Assembly (NCBI GenBank): GCA_043819555.1
Contig: JBDREQ010000009.1
Coordinates: 1 to 64,000 of the forward strand
Origin: Candidatus Zixiibacteriota bacterium
GTDB lineage: Bacteria; Zixibacteria; MSB-5A5; GN15; JAAZOE01
Direction: 5' to 3'
Length of the DNA: 64,000 nt
The notes beneath the pieces are model-generated. The model worked only from the letters and a program-made list of their open reading frames with translations. It ran no database searches and had not been told where the DNA came from. Positions within the stretch are counted from its first letter, which is position 1. Every line of letters begins with the position of its first letter. A program made the translations under genes and the position numbers. Shown here piece by piece: positions 28,347-37,692 of the stretch.

Positions 28347-28844
28347 ATGAACGCATTTGAATATGCCAAAAATATGGAATTGGATGGACAAAAATATTAT
28401 GAAGAGCATGCTCAACGGATGACCGAACCGGTGTTGAAACGAATCTTTGAGGAGTTGGCGCAGGATGAGGAGCGACACTATCGAATATTTGAAGCCATGG
28501 CTAAGGGCGAATGGGCTGATATCAAAGCCGGCTTCAATACAACTATTTTGGAGACGACCAAAAACGTTTTTCAAAAATTAAAAGATGATGAAAAAGGCGT
28601 TGGTACTTTTCCTTCGGAAACGCGTGAAGCATGGGCAAAGGCGTGTGATATTGAATTGCGGGCAGAAAAATTCTATAAGGAACAATCCGAAAAGGCTGAG
28701 TCGAACGAGCAAAAAGATATCTGGAGCAGAATCGCTTATGAGGAGCATAAGCACTGGGTGGCGATCAATAATGTAATTAATTTTTTGGATCGCCCCAAAC
28801 AATGGCTCGAAGATGCTGAATGGTCGAATCTGGATAATATCTAA
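28347..28844 (+). CDS. Ferritin-like/rubrerythrin-family four-helix-bundle protein
   Basis: Helical E-x-x-H motifs (…AQDEERHYRIFEAM…, …AYEEHKHWVAINN…) are consistent with the diiron ferritin-like superfamily. Confidence 0.6.
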   Translation: MNAFEYAKNMELDGQKYYEEHAQRMTEPVLKRIFEELAQDEERHYRIFEAMAKGEWADIKAGFNTTILETTKNVFQKLKDDEKGVGTFPSETREAWAKACDIELRAEKFYKEQSEKAESNEQKDIWSRIAYEEHKHWVAINNVINFLDRPKQWLEDAEWSNLDNI

Positions 28845-28877
28845 ATTTATTGCATACAAAAATGTTCACAAAAAATG

Positions 28878-28901
28878 CCCCGCTTCGACGGGGTTTTTTT
28901 T
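28878..28901 (+). terminator. Rho-independent terminator
   Basis: CCCCG-CTTCGA-CGGGG followed by T8. Confidence 0.6.
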
Positions 28902-28928
28902 GGGGACTGTTTGACATTCTATTCTGCC

Positions 28929-28956
28929 GTGCCGCGCAGGTGTCCACACCCGCGCG
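28929..28956. repeat. REP-like palindromic element, copy 1 (GTGCCGCGCAGGTGTCCACACCCGCGCG)
   Basis: Copy 1 has one mismatch relative to the perfect 11-bp-stem, 2-nt-loop palindrome CGCGCAGGTGT-CC-ACACCTGCGCG seen in copy 2 at 58006-58029. A shared 5' flank TGCCG is also present. Confidence 0.6.
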
Positions 28957-29061
28957 TAAAAGAACCAATTTGTCCCCAACGGATATACCGATACCCGCCC
29001 AATTGACTTTGATGCAGTTTTCGATTAGATTGCTTGCCAATTATTAATGGAAAGAATTTTC

Positions 29062-29394
29062 ATGAATCGATTTTTTATTATATGCCTCCTCTCGCTGGCG
29101 ATTGTTGTAACTGTGTCATGCAGCAAGAAGAAAAAACTCATAATCCTCGATAATTGCGGCGACGTGGAACGAATTGTTGAATTGTATGGCAATGTCCGCA
29201 GGCTGGACGCTTTCCTGTACAAATATAATATCGATACCGCCATGGGCGATACTCTACCCGGATGCGGGTATTTACTCCAGATGGGCAAAGACGCCGTACA
29301 GATCGACACGATCATGAATTACATGGAACTAAAAGAAGCCTGTGTCAAATTTTTTGAACTGGATACTTTGATTACCGAAAAGAATAATAATTAG
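29062..29394 (+). CDS. Small hypothetical lipoprotein
   Basis: MNRFFIICLLSLAIVVTVSC lipobox signal. 110-aa ORF. Confidence 0.45.
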   Translation: MNRFFIICLLSLAIVVTVSCSKKKKLIILDNCGDVERIVELYGNVRRLDAFLYKYNIDTAMGDTLPGCGYLLQMGKDAVQIDTIMNYMELKEACVKFFELDTLITEKNNN

Positions 29395-30449
29395 ATATTG
29401 AAACGGAAAAGAATTACGTCGCCATCCTGAACAATATAGTCTTTGCCTTCCAGTCGATATTTCCCGGCTGTTTTTGATGCCGCCGTTGAACCGCATTCAA
29501 CAAAATCATCGTATTTGATGACTTCGGCGCGAATAAATCCTCGCTCCATGTCGGTATGAACCGCTCCGGCGGCTTTTCGGGCATTGGTGCCACTGGAGAT
29601 TGTCCAGGCGCGCGCCTCGGGCGGTCCGACAGTAAAAAACGAAATCAATCCCAGCAGGCTGTATGATTTTTGAATTAAAAGTTCCATGGCAGGTTTTGTG
29701 ATGCCCAGATCAGATAGAAAAACATCGCGGTCTTCGGCGTCAAGCGAACCGATTTCCATTTCTATTTTTCCGCAGATGGTAACAAATTCTCGTATACCCG
29801 TGATTTCCCGGTCTTTAAATAAATCCAGCCATTTCGATTCATTGCCGATATCGTCTTCTGAAATATTGAGCACAACCAGAAGCGGTTTTTGTGAAAGGAA
29901 TCGATAACCTCGCAGGAGTTTTTCTTCGCTTGCATCAAATCCTGCTTCGGATAGCGGGGTTTCGTTCTCAATAAGTTCAAGACATTTTCTTAAATTTTCA
30001 ACTTCGCTCTGGAGAGTCTTATCTCCGGTCAGTTTGGCGGTCCGCTCTTTTTTATCAATATTGCGCTCGATAATGACCTGGTCGGATAGCATCATCTCGT
30101 CAAGAAAAAGTCCGAAATTTTTCTCTGGTGTACAATCATCCGTGAAACATCTAATAACAACCATCAAAGCATCAGCATAGCGCAGATCATCGGGAACATT
30201 CAGCGTCGACGCATCGGTATCTTTGCCTTTACCGGAAAACGCGGTAATATCGAGATAATCAATTTCAGCATAAGTTGTCCTTTTGGGTTGGACGAGTTCG
30301 GATAATTTATCGAGGCGGAAATCGGGGACTTTGATAATCGCACGATGTGAAGCTTTTGAGAAATCGCCAACCGCTTCTGATTTTCCTGAGGCGGCGTTGA
30401 ATATGGTCGTTTTGCCTGATTGCGGCAGGCCGATAATTCCTATTTTCAC
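29391..30449 (-). CDS. ychF: Ribosome-binding ATPase YchF (Obg-family GTPase/ATPase)
   Basis: MKIGIIGLPQSGKTT P-loop. The C-terminal TGS domain ends …GKDYIVQDGDVILFRFNI, a conserved YchF terminus. Confidence 0.9.
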   Translation of the reverse strand: MKIGIIGLPQSGKTTIFNAASGKSEAVGDFSKASHRAIIKVPDFRLDKLSELVQPKRTTYAEIDYLDITAFSGKGKDTDASTLNVPDDLRYADALMVVIRCFTDDCTPEKNFGLFLDEMMLSDQVIIERNIDKKERTAKLTGDKTLQSEVENLRKCLELIENETPLSEAGFDASEEKLLRGYRFLSQKPLLVVLNISEDDIGNESKWLDLFKDREITGIREFVTICGKIEMEIGSLDAEDRDVFLSDLGITKPAMELLIQKSYSLLGLISFFTVGPPEARAWTISSGTNARKAAGAVHTDMERGFIRAEVIKYDDFVECGSTAASKTAGKYRLEGKDYIVQDGDVILFRFNI

Positions 30450-31306
30450 TTTGTAGCTTTCTTTTTAATTAGTGACCGGAGAATTCTAAGATTTTCGATA
30501 TCCTCTTTGGCTGATTCTTTTGGCGTTTCCAAAATCATCGGGATTTTTTTCAAACGGCGGTCATTTAAGAAAAACCCGAACGGCTCTTTGCCGATGAATC
30601 CCTTCCCGATGTGTTCGTGGCGGTCAACTTTGGTGCCGAAGTCCTTCCTGGAATCATTTAAATGTATAACTTTGAGTCGGTTCAATCCAATAATGTTATC
30701 AAATTTCTTAATCGTCGCTTTGTATTCTTTTTCAGTCGAGAATTTGTAACCGGCGGTAAATATATGACAGGTATCGAGGCAGATGCCCATTCGGTCTTTA
30801 TTTTCGGTCAGTTCGATAATTTGAGCGAGCTGCTCGAAAGTATAGCCTAAATTAGTCCCCTGCCCGGCTGTGGTTTCGAGACAGATTGTTACTTTGCCGT
30901 CCGGGTTGGCGTTCATGATTTTATTAAAAGCGTTGGCGATTCGTATTATTCCATTCACTTCGCCGGAACCAACATGAGAGCCGGGGTGCATGACGAGATT
31001 TTCGATACCGAGCATATCGCATCGTTTCATTTCTTCGGCAAAACCATTTACCGATTTTTCAAAGAGAGTATCATCCGGCGAGGCCAGATTTATCAGATAG
31101 CTGTCATGGGCGCAGACGACTTTGACACCGGTTTCTTTTTGGGCTTTGTGGAATTTTTCGATATCGTCGTCGGTCAACGGTTTTGCTTTCCATTGATTTG
31201 ACGATTTGGTAAATACCTGAATAGCGTCGCAGGTCGCTTCGAGCCCATGATGGGGGGCGTTGAAAACACCACCGGCAATTGACATATGTGCGCCGAGAAT
31301 CGACAT
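30446..31306 (-). CDS. nfo: Endonuclease IV (AP endonuclease family 2)
   Basis: MSILGAHMSIAGG… TIM-barrel Nfo signature with conserved His/Asp/Glu metal ligands (HDSYLINL, HPGSH, LETTAGQG). Confidence 0.9.
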   Translation of the reverse strand: MSILGAHMSIAGGVFNAPHHGLEATCDAIQVFTKSSNQWKAKPLTDDDIEKFHKAQKETGVKVVCAHDSYLINLASPDDTLFEKSVNGFAEEMKRCDMLGIENLVMHPGSHVGSGEVNGIIRIANAFNKIMNANPDGKVTICLETTAGQGTNLGYTFEQLAQIIELTENKDRMGICLDTCHIFTAGYKFSTEKEYKATIKKFDNIIGLNRLKVIHLNDSRKDFGTKVDRHEHIGKGFIGKEPFGFFLNDRRLKKIPMILETPKESAKEDIENLRILRSLIKKKATK

Positions 31307-31441
31307 GCTTTATTTAACCTTTCTCAAGATTGTGAATATATGTCATATACGCAAAAGGGCAAGGAATAAGGTGGTGGGAGTTTAAAATTCGTGTCTATGA
31401 TTGTGTAGCGACGACTCAAGGGATTGTCATTAATGTAGTTG

Positions 31442-32191
31442 CTATATATTATGGTTAGCTCCTAATTCTTTACCAATAACTGATACTGAAAGAAATAATC
31501 GTTGCCAAAACCATATCAAGGATACTGCTGAAATATTGTCATCAGGTAGGATGGCATAAGTAACCTCAATAGACGTACCATAAGTATATTTTGTCCCAAC
31601 TCTATTTATATCATCTAGCGTAGTCTTTATTCTTTTATCATTATTGTCACAAATACGTGTATCAATGGAATAATTTTCTGTAATGTAATTTTTAGTAACT
31701 TGATAGATAATTCCTCGAATTAATTTTTCTCCAATCGACTTAAGAGATTGCTGGTGAATTCCAATTGTCAAGAGTTTATCATATTGCGCATTACTTTGCA
31801 TCCCAAAATTGGGCAGGATTCCATAATCTGGAATTTCATCATGGCTTATAATATCATTTTTAAGTTCATCCTTTTTCTTTTTTCTGCTGTTTATATCGCG
31901 AGGGGTTTTACCAAGTTCGGGTCTGATTCCTTTCAGGCTCTTTTTTGAAATATTTTTGAAACGTTCATCATTTGGGTTAAAACATAATGCAAATCTTAAT
32001 AATAAATCTTGCTCGATTTCACCATACTTTTTATTGCAGTCATTGCATGCAGGAACTTTCCACTTTTCTTTATTTATTGGTTCTGATTCGGAATACCATG
32101 ATTTTGGAAATACATGATCCCAAGTTAATTTATCGAATTCACCAAGACAATAAACACATTTTCCCGGACCCGGTTTATTAAACTTGGGCAT
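31442..32191 (-). CDS. HNH-nuclease-domain protein in an AT-rich single-gene islet
   Basis: N-terminal C-x2-C…DHVFPKS…C-x2-CN HNH/zinc-finger nuclease motif. The ~170-aa C-terminal region has no recognisable motif. AT content is visibly higher than in the flanking nfo and rex genes. Confidence 0.65.
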   Translation of the reverse strand: MPKFNKPGPGKCVYCLGEFDKLTWDHVFPKSWYSESEPINKEKWKVPACNDCNKKYGEIEQDLLLRFALCFNPNDERFKNISKKSLKGIRPELGKTPRDINSRKKKKDELKNDIISHDEIPDYGILPNFGMQSNAQYDKLLTIGIHQQSLKSIGEKLIRGIIYQVTKNYITENYSIDTRICDNNDKRIKTTLDDINRVGTKYTYGTSIEVTYAILPDDNISAVSLIWFWQRLFLSVSVIGKELGANHNI

Positions 32192-32194
32192 ATA

Positions 32195-32848
32195 CTAATT
32201 CGGCTGATAGTTGTTGGAAATAATAAACGAAAGGTATTCGAGTTCCATCGACATGTTTTCGTTGCGGAGAAAAACATCGTCGGGAACGTTTAGATTTATC
32301 GGAGCGAAATTCAAAATAGCCTTGATGCCCGCTTCGACGACTTCATCAACAAGATACTGCGCCACTATCGCCGGAACAGCCAGGATTACCATTTCAATAT
32401 TGTGCTCGCGCAACAGGCGCGGCATATCTTTGATATCCGATACGATCAGACCTTTATGATTGGAACCGATCTTGCGCTGGTCATTATCAAAAACCAGTTT
32501 GATGCGAAAGCCCTGACGATGGAATTCTTTGTAGGACACCAGAGCCGAGCCGATATTACCGACCCCAACCATAGCGACATTCCAGATGCGGTTAATGCCA
32601 AGAATTTTGGCAACGCGTTTTTTCAATTCCGTAACGGGATAGCCCAGCCCTCTGGTTCCAAAGCTTCCAAAAAACGAGAGGTCTTTGCGAACCTGCGCCG
32701 GAGTAAGCTTTTCGCGTCGAGCCAGCTCTTTCGAAGATATCGTTTCATAGTTCTCCTTCTCCAAAAGAGAAAGGGCTCGATAATATAATGAAAGACGCCT
32801 GATGGTCGATTCAGAAATCTTTTTTTGTCCGTTATTCTGTTTTGTCAT
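32195..32848 (-). CDS. rex: Redox-sensing transcriptional repressor Rex
   Basis: Winged-helix N-terminus (ISESTIRRLSLYYRAL…SSKELA) plus a Rossmann NADH-binding domain (VAMVGVGNIGSAL). Confidence 0.9.
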   Translation of the reverse strand: MTKQNNGQKKISESTIRRLSLYYRALSLLEKENYETISSKELARREKLTPAQVRKDLSFFGSFGTRGLGYPVTELKKRVAKILGINRIWNVAMVGVGNIGSALVSYKEFHRQGFRIKLVFDNDQRKIGSNHKGLIVSDIKDMPRLLREHNIEMVILAVPAIVAQYLVDEVVEAGIKAILNFAPINLNVPDDVFLRNENMSMELEYLSFIISNNYQPN

Positions 32849-32874
32849 ATCCCATTGCGATTTTTAAAACTGCA

Positions 32875-32891
32875 TGTGAATTGTTTCACAA
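32875..32891. promoter_or_regulatory. Rex operator (TGTGAA-N5-TTCACAA) upstream of rex, implying autoregulation
   Basis: TGTGAATTGTTTCACAA matches the Rex box consensus TTGTGAA-N4-TTCACAA. It lies 27 nt upstream of the rex start codon. Confidence 0.6.
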
Positions 32892-33080
32892 TAAGAAACA
32901 GAAAATATCGCGCGTAGTCAAGTTATTTTTCAAAATCGCCTAATTTGATTTATTATTTGTTGCCCTGCAATAAGTTACAATTACGGATAACTTTTATCTT
33001 ACTTGTAATTATCGGGCGATTTATGATAAATTTTACTGAGTCGTAAGTTATTTTTCTTGAATTGCAGCAGTTCCGCATAT

Positions 33081-34226
33081 TCAAACTACATATCGCGGAA
33101 GGGTTGGAGATATTCGAGAAATAATCTCGTAATTAATCGTCTGGCACCACCGAGCATGAGTATCGGCTGAGATTTTTTCGCTTCCATTGTTTCCAAATAT
33201 AGTAGCGACATCATACAATTTGACTCCGGGAATATTGGTAATATCGACCATCATCAAATTCATGCAGACCCGTCCCCTAATCGGCGCCCTCCAGCCTTTA
33301 ATTAAAACATATCCCAAATTCGATAAGCGGCGGTCGATACCGTCGGAATAACCTAACGGTAGAACAGCAATTTTTGATTTTGAACTGGCCCGGTAGGTGC
33401 ATCCGTAGCCGATAAATCCTCCGGCTTCAACCGTCTTAATTTGAGTTATTCGAGAGCATAAAGACAGAGCCGGAGTCAGGATTTTGTTTGTTCCCCCGCC
33501 GAGGCGATATGAAACATAAGTTTCGGTGGAGGGCCAGTAACCATAAAACGCAATCCCCGGACGAGCTAAATCAAAATAGGTTTCCTTAAAGAGCAGCAAT
33601 GCCGCGGAGCAGGCGGTATGTTTCAGTTTTGGTTTGACGCCCAGTTTATTCAAATAAGCGTTCATATTTTTGAATTGCCGCAACTGATTCATGGCAAAGG
33701 TATGATCGGTAGTGTCCTCAATATTGGCGAAATGAGTTGATATTCCGGCGACTGATATTTCGGGATACTTCTTTAGCGATGAAGCGGCTTTTGCCAGCTC
33801 ATTTTTATTCATACCCTGCCGATTAGTACCGGTTTCGAGCTTGAGATGGACTTGTATGGATGCATTTGATTTATGGCAGAAACGACCCAGTTTTGATAAA
33901 AACGTAGGTTCTGTGATTATCGGTTCTATATCGAGGCGAAAGACAGCGTCGATGTCATCGGGCGCGACCGGACCGACCATCATAATTTTCCGATTCCATC
34001 CTGCGGCTCTTGCGGTTTCAGCTTCGGCCGCAGAATGAACGGAGATATATGGAATTTCTGTTTCAGACAGGATACCGATTATTTCCATGAGGCCATGCCC
34101 ATATCCGTTGGCTTTTACCGCCGGAGCGAGCGCTGTTTTCTTTCCGGCCAGGCGAGTCAGGTGTTTGATATTATTCAATATCGCCCGTCGGTTAATCTCA
34201 ATCCATGTCAGATTTTTCATATTCAT
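33081..34226 (-). CDS. alr: Alanine racemase
   Basis: The PLP-binding motif AVVKANAYGHG appears here as AVKANGYGHG, with a C-terminal beta domain. Confidence 0.9.
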   Translation of the reverse strand: MNMKNLTWIEINRRAILNNIKHLTRLAGKKTALAPAVKANGYGHGLMEIIGILSETEIPYISVHSAAEAETARAAGWNRKIMMVGPVAPDDIDAVFRLDIEPIITEPTFLSKLGRFCHKSNASIQVHLKLETGTNRQGMNKNELAKAASSLKKYPEISVAGISTHFANIEDTTDHTFAMNQLRQFKNMNAYLNKLGVKPKLKHTACSAALLLFKETYFDLARPGIAFYGYWPSTETYVSYRLGGGTNKILTPALSLCSRITQIKTVEAGGFIGYGCTYRASSKSKIAVLPLGYSDGIDRRLSNLGYVLIKGWRAPIRGRVCMNLMMVDITNIPGVKLYDVATIFGNNGSEKISADTHARWCQTINYEIISRISPTLPRYVV

Positions 34227-34298
34227 AAAAAAATTGCGCCAGTTTATTCACTCGCGCAATCTATTAGATTTAATCCGTCGTTGCAATAATTTTGAGTG

Positions 34299-34781
34299 TT
34301 AAAGCGAATCAATCATCTTCTGGATAAGTTTCATATGCCCCCGTTCAAATTTGGCTAAAAACTCAAAGCTCTTTTTCTGTTCCGGATCGTCGGCGTCTTC
34401 CGCCGCTTGGGAAAAAACCTCGTTAGCCTCTTTTTCCAAATCATAGGCAATATCAAGAACGATTCTCATATCCGAAGCGTTGCGAACTGTATCAATAAGG
34501 CCCTGATGCTTCTCGGCCATATTTTCATCGATTTCGGGGAGCCCGTCTTGATTCAATATATCGTTATAAGTCACCCACTGTTCAGAAGTAATAAGCGAAT
34601 GATGCTGGCGTTCAAGAACTTGATAATGTTCTTTTTCTTCCGCTGCAAGAATCAAAAGTGTAACTCTTTGTTCATCATCATCGGTTTTTTTAGCTGCTTC
34701 CAGATAAAAAACATAACTTTTAATCTCTGAAGATATCCCCCAATTTAGCGCGTCGAGAACTTTTGGATTTGCTGGAGTCAT
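34299..34781 (-). CDS. Ferritin-like/rubrerythrin-family protein
   Basis: Paired E-x-x-H helices (…AAEEKEHYQVLE…, …KFERGHMKLIQ…). Confidence 0.6.
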   Translation of the reverse strand: MTPANPKVLDALNWGISSEIKSYVFYLEAAKKTDDDEQRVTLLILAAEEKEHYQVLERQHHSLITSEQWVTYNDILNQDGLPEIDENMAEKHQGLIDTVRNASDMRIVLDIAYDLEKEANEVFSQAAEDADDPEQKKSFEFLAKFERGHMKLIQKMIDSL

Positions 34782-34807
34782 AATCTATCCCTCACCTTGT
34801 TTGCCGG

Positions 34808-35014
34808 TTACATTTCCGTGTAATAATTATCATCGAGTTCCTGCTGGAGCCGTTCCTTATGCTTGATTTCTTCCTCAGCCAGTTTCACGAACATTTTTTG
34901 CGTGGCTTCATTTTCGAAAATCTTGGAATGCCTCATGTAAAACTCATAGGCGGCTTCTTCGCGTTTGATCGCCATTTCAATCGCAGTGATGGGGTCGGTG
35001 GTTGAATCAACCAT
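34808..35014 (-). CDS. Small rubrerythrin-like (ferritin-like half-domain) protein
   Basis: 68-aa ORF with EAAYEFY…EEEIKHKERL motifs, adjacent to the previous ferritin-like gene. Confidence 0.5.
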   Translation of the reverse strand: MVDSTTDPITAIEMAIKREEAAYEFYMRHSKIFENEATQKMFVKLAEEEIKHKERLQQELDDNYYTEM

Positions 35015-35334
35015 GAATGTATCTCCTATTTTTGATTTTCAGAATTTATACGTCCCGAAAGGTTACTCAAAAGGGAAAAAATGTCAAGCCAATTCTGAAA
35101 ACTCGAAATAACGAAGGAATACATAATATATTGAAAAGATGGACTAAAAAACCGATATAAAAGGATAGAAACGGTCATTAACGCACGGCAGCAAATATGA
35201 AATGGAACCAACGATATATTTCGCTGTTTTGTGTTTTGAAATGATAACGATTTGATATTGCGCTGAAGCGGGAATTTTTATAGCCTTAAATATGGCAGGA
35301 ACCGCGAAATATCCGCGGTCGAACAGGAGATGAC

Positions 35335-37692
35335 TTGGAAATCACAATTACAAAAGAAATTCAGGATGAAATTGTTCTTCCCCGGGAAATGCCGATTTTA
35401 CCGGTCAAGGGTGTCGTTGTTTTTCCCTTTTTGGTTGTTCCTCTGATAATTTCGGAAAAGGCACATACTCGCCTGGTTGACGATGCCCTGATGCATGGCA
35501 AAACGATTGGCATTTTTAATACCCATGACCCTGATATTAAGAATCCTGGATTCGGTGATATATATAAATACGGAACGGCCGGGAATATTCTAAAAATGCT
35601 GAGGTTTCCCGATGGTTCGGTCAGGTTTTTAATTCAGGGTTTATCGCGCATCAAAATCGTTAAAGAAATTTCAACCGAACCATATTTATTTGGCAAAATT
35701 GAAGAGGTCAATGAAATCTATAAAAAGAGCGTCAAAACCGAAGCCCTCAATCGAAACTTGATGGATCGTTTGAAACATCTGGCGGAGATGGCTCCGTATT
35801 TGTCTGAGGAATTCTTCGTAACCGCCATGAACCAGGATTCCCCTGGGCAACTGACCGACCTCGTCGCATCCAATATGAATCTGAATATCGAAGAAAAACA
35901 AAAGCTGATCGCTCAGCCCGATGTTGAAAAGAGAATGGCCTCGCTTCTTCTTCACATCAATCGCGAACTTGAAGTTTTGGAATTATCCAAAAAGATTCAG
36001 GCCGAAGCCGCCAACGAGCTGGGCAAGATGCAGCGTGAGTATATCCTGAGAGAACAGATAAAGGCTATCCAGCGTGAGCTGGGCGACAGCCAATCCCGTC
36101 CCGAGATAATGGAGATTAAAAAGAAGATAGGCGAAGCGGGCATGACCGTTCAGGCGCGGGAGGCGGCCGACAAGGAATTGGAACGGCTGGCCGAAATGAA
36201 TCCTTCATCGGCCGAATATACCGTCAGCCGTACCTATCTCGACTGGCTTACCGATGTCCCCTGGCAGAAGTCAACCGACGATATGCTTGATGTCAGAAAG
36301 GCACGCAAAATTCTTGACGAGGATCATTTTGATCTGGATAAAGTCAAAGAGAGAATTATTGAATTTCTGGCGGTGCGGCGATTGAATCCGGATATCAAGG
36401 GGCCGATTCTGTGTTTTGTCGGTCCTCCCGGCGTAGGAAAAACATCACTGGGACGGTCGATTGCCCGTGCCATGGGGCGTGAGTTCTATCGATTATCTTT
36501 GGGCGGAATGCGTGATGAAGCCGAGATTCGCGGTCATCGGCGAACATATATTGGCGCCATGCCGGGGCGAGTAATTCAGGGATTGAAACGAGTTAAGTCG
36601 AATAATCCTGTTTTTATGCTCGACGAAATTGATAAGCTGGGCAGCGATTTCCGGGGCGACCCGGCCTCGGCTCTGTTGGAAGTTTTGGATCCGGAACAAA
36701 ATTTCAGTTTTTCGGATCATTACCTTGAAGTCGATTTTGATTTGTCGCATGTCATGTTTATCACAACCGCCAATATGCTCGATCCAATCCCGGGTGTTTT
36801 GCGCGACCGAATGGAAATCATCCGCATTCCCGGTTATACTGATTTGGAAAAGAATGAAATTTTCAAACGGCACTTGCTGCCCAAACAGCTTGAAAATCAC
36901 GGCTTGAACTCGACCCATATCTCATTTCACAAAGATGTGATTATTACGATGATCAATGAATACACTCGCGAAGCCGGACTGCGAAATCTCGAACGCGAAC
37001 TGGCCAACGTCTGCCGAAAAGTAGCCGCCAAAGTCGCGGGAGGAAGCCGCAAAAAGCAAGTTATTACCGGCAAAGAACTAATTAAGTATCTTGGCCCGCC
37101 CAAATTCACATCCGATACCAGATTCAGCAAAGACCATATCGGCGAAGTCGCCGGCCTGGCGTGGACGCCGTTTGGAGGCGAAGTGCTCAAAGTCGAGGCG
37201 ACAGCCATGCCGGGCAAAAAGAACCTGATTCTGACGGGACAATTGGGCGAGATCATGAAAGAATCGGTTCAGGCGGCATTATCGTTCGTGCGCTCTTTAA
37301 CCAACATCATGAATATCCCCGAAGATTATTTTGATACTCATGAGATTCATGTTCACGTGCCATCCGGCGCTACTCCCAAAGACGGCCCATCGGCAGGGAT
37401 TGCGATGGCTACCGCACTGGCATCACTGGCAACCGGACGGCGCGTAAAGGACAAAATGGCAATGACCGGTGAGATTACTTTGCGGGGACAGGTTTTGCCT
37501 ATCGGCGGATTGAAAGAAAAACTCCTGGCGGCCTACCGCTACGGCATCAAAACGGTTATATTGCCGCGTGACAATAAAAAAGATGTGGTGGAAATACCTC
37601 CGGAATTGAAAAAGGGATTGAAATTTAAATACATGGATGATGCTCACGACGTATTAAAATTCGCGTTGGAGCCCAAGAAAAAAACAGCATGA
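35335..37692 (+). CDS. lon: ATP-dependent Lon protease
   Basis: N-terminal LON domain; AAA+ Walker A (GPPGVGKTS) and Walker B (FMLDEIDK); C-terminal proteolytic domain with PKDGPSAGIAMATAL (catalytic Ser) and K…T. Confidence 0.95.
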   Translation: MEITITKEIQDEIVLPREMPILPVKGVVVFPFLVVPLIISEKAHTRLVDDALMHGKTIGIFNTHDPDIKNPGFGDIYKYGTAGNILKMLRFPDGSVRFLIQGLSRIKIVKEISTEPYLFGKIEEVNEIYKKSVKTEALNRNLMDRLKHLAEMAPYLSEEFFVTAMNQDSPGQLTDLVASNMNLNIEEKQKLIAQPDVEKRMASLLLHINRELEVLELSKKIQAEAANELGKMQREYILREQIKAIQRELGDSQSRPEIMEIKKKIGEAGMTVQAREAADKELERLAEMNPSSAEYTVSRTYLDWLTDVPWQKSTDDMLDVRKARKILDEDHFDLDKVKERIIEFLAVRRLNPDIKGPILCFVGPPGVGKTSLGRSIARAMGREFYRLSLGGMRDEAEIRGHRRTYIGAMPGRVIQGLKRVKSNNPVFMLDEIDKLGSDFRGDPASALLEVLDPEQNFSFSDHYLEVDFDLSHVMFITTANMLDPIPGVLRDRMEIIRIPGYTDLEKNEIFKRHLLPKQLENHGLNSTHISFHKDVIITMINEYTREAGLRNLERELANVCRKVAAKVAGGSRKKQVITGKELIKYLGPPKFTSDTRFSKDHIGEVAGLAWTPFGGEVLKVEATAMPGKKNLILTGQLGEIMKESVQAALSFVRSLTNIMNIPEDYFDTHEIHVHVPSGATPKDGPSAGIAMATALASLATGRRVKDKMAMTGEITLRGQVLPIGGLKEKLLAAYRYGIKTVILPRDNKKDVVEIPPELKKGLKFKYMDDAHDVLKFALEPKKKTA

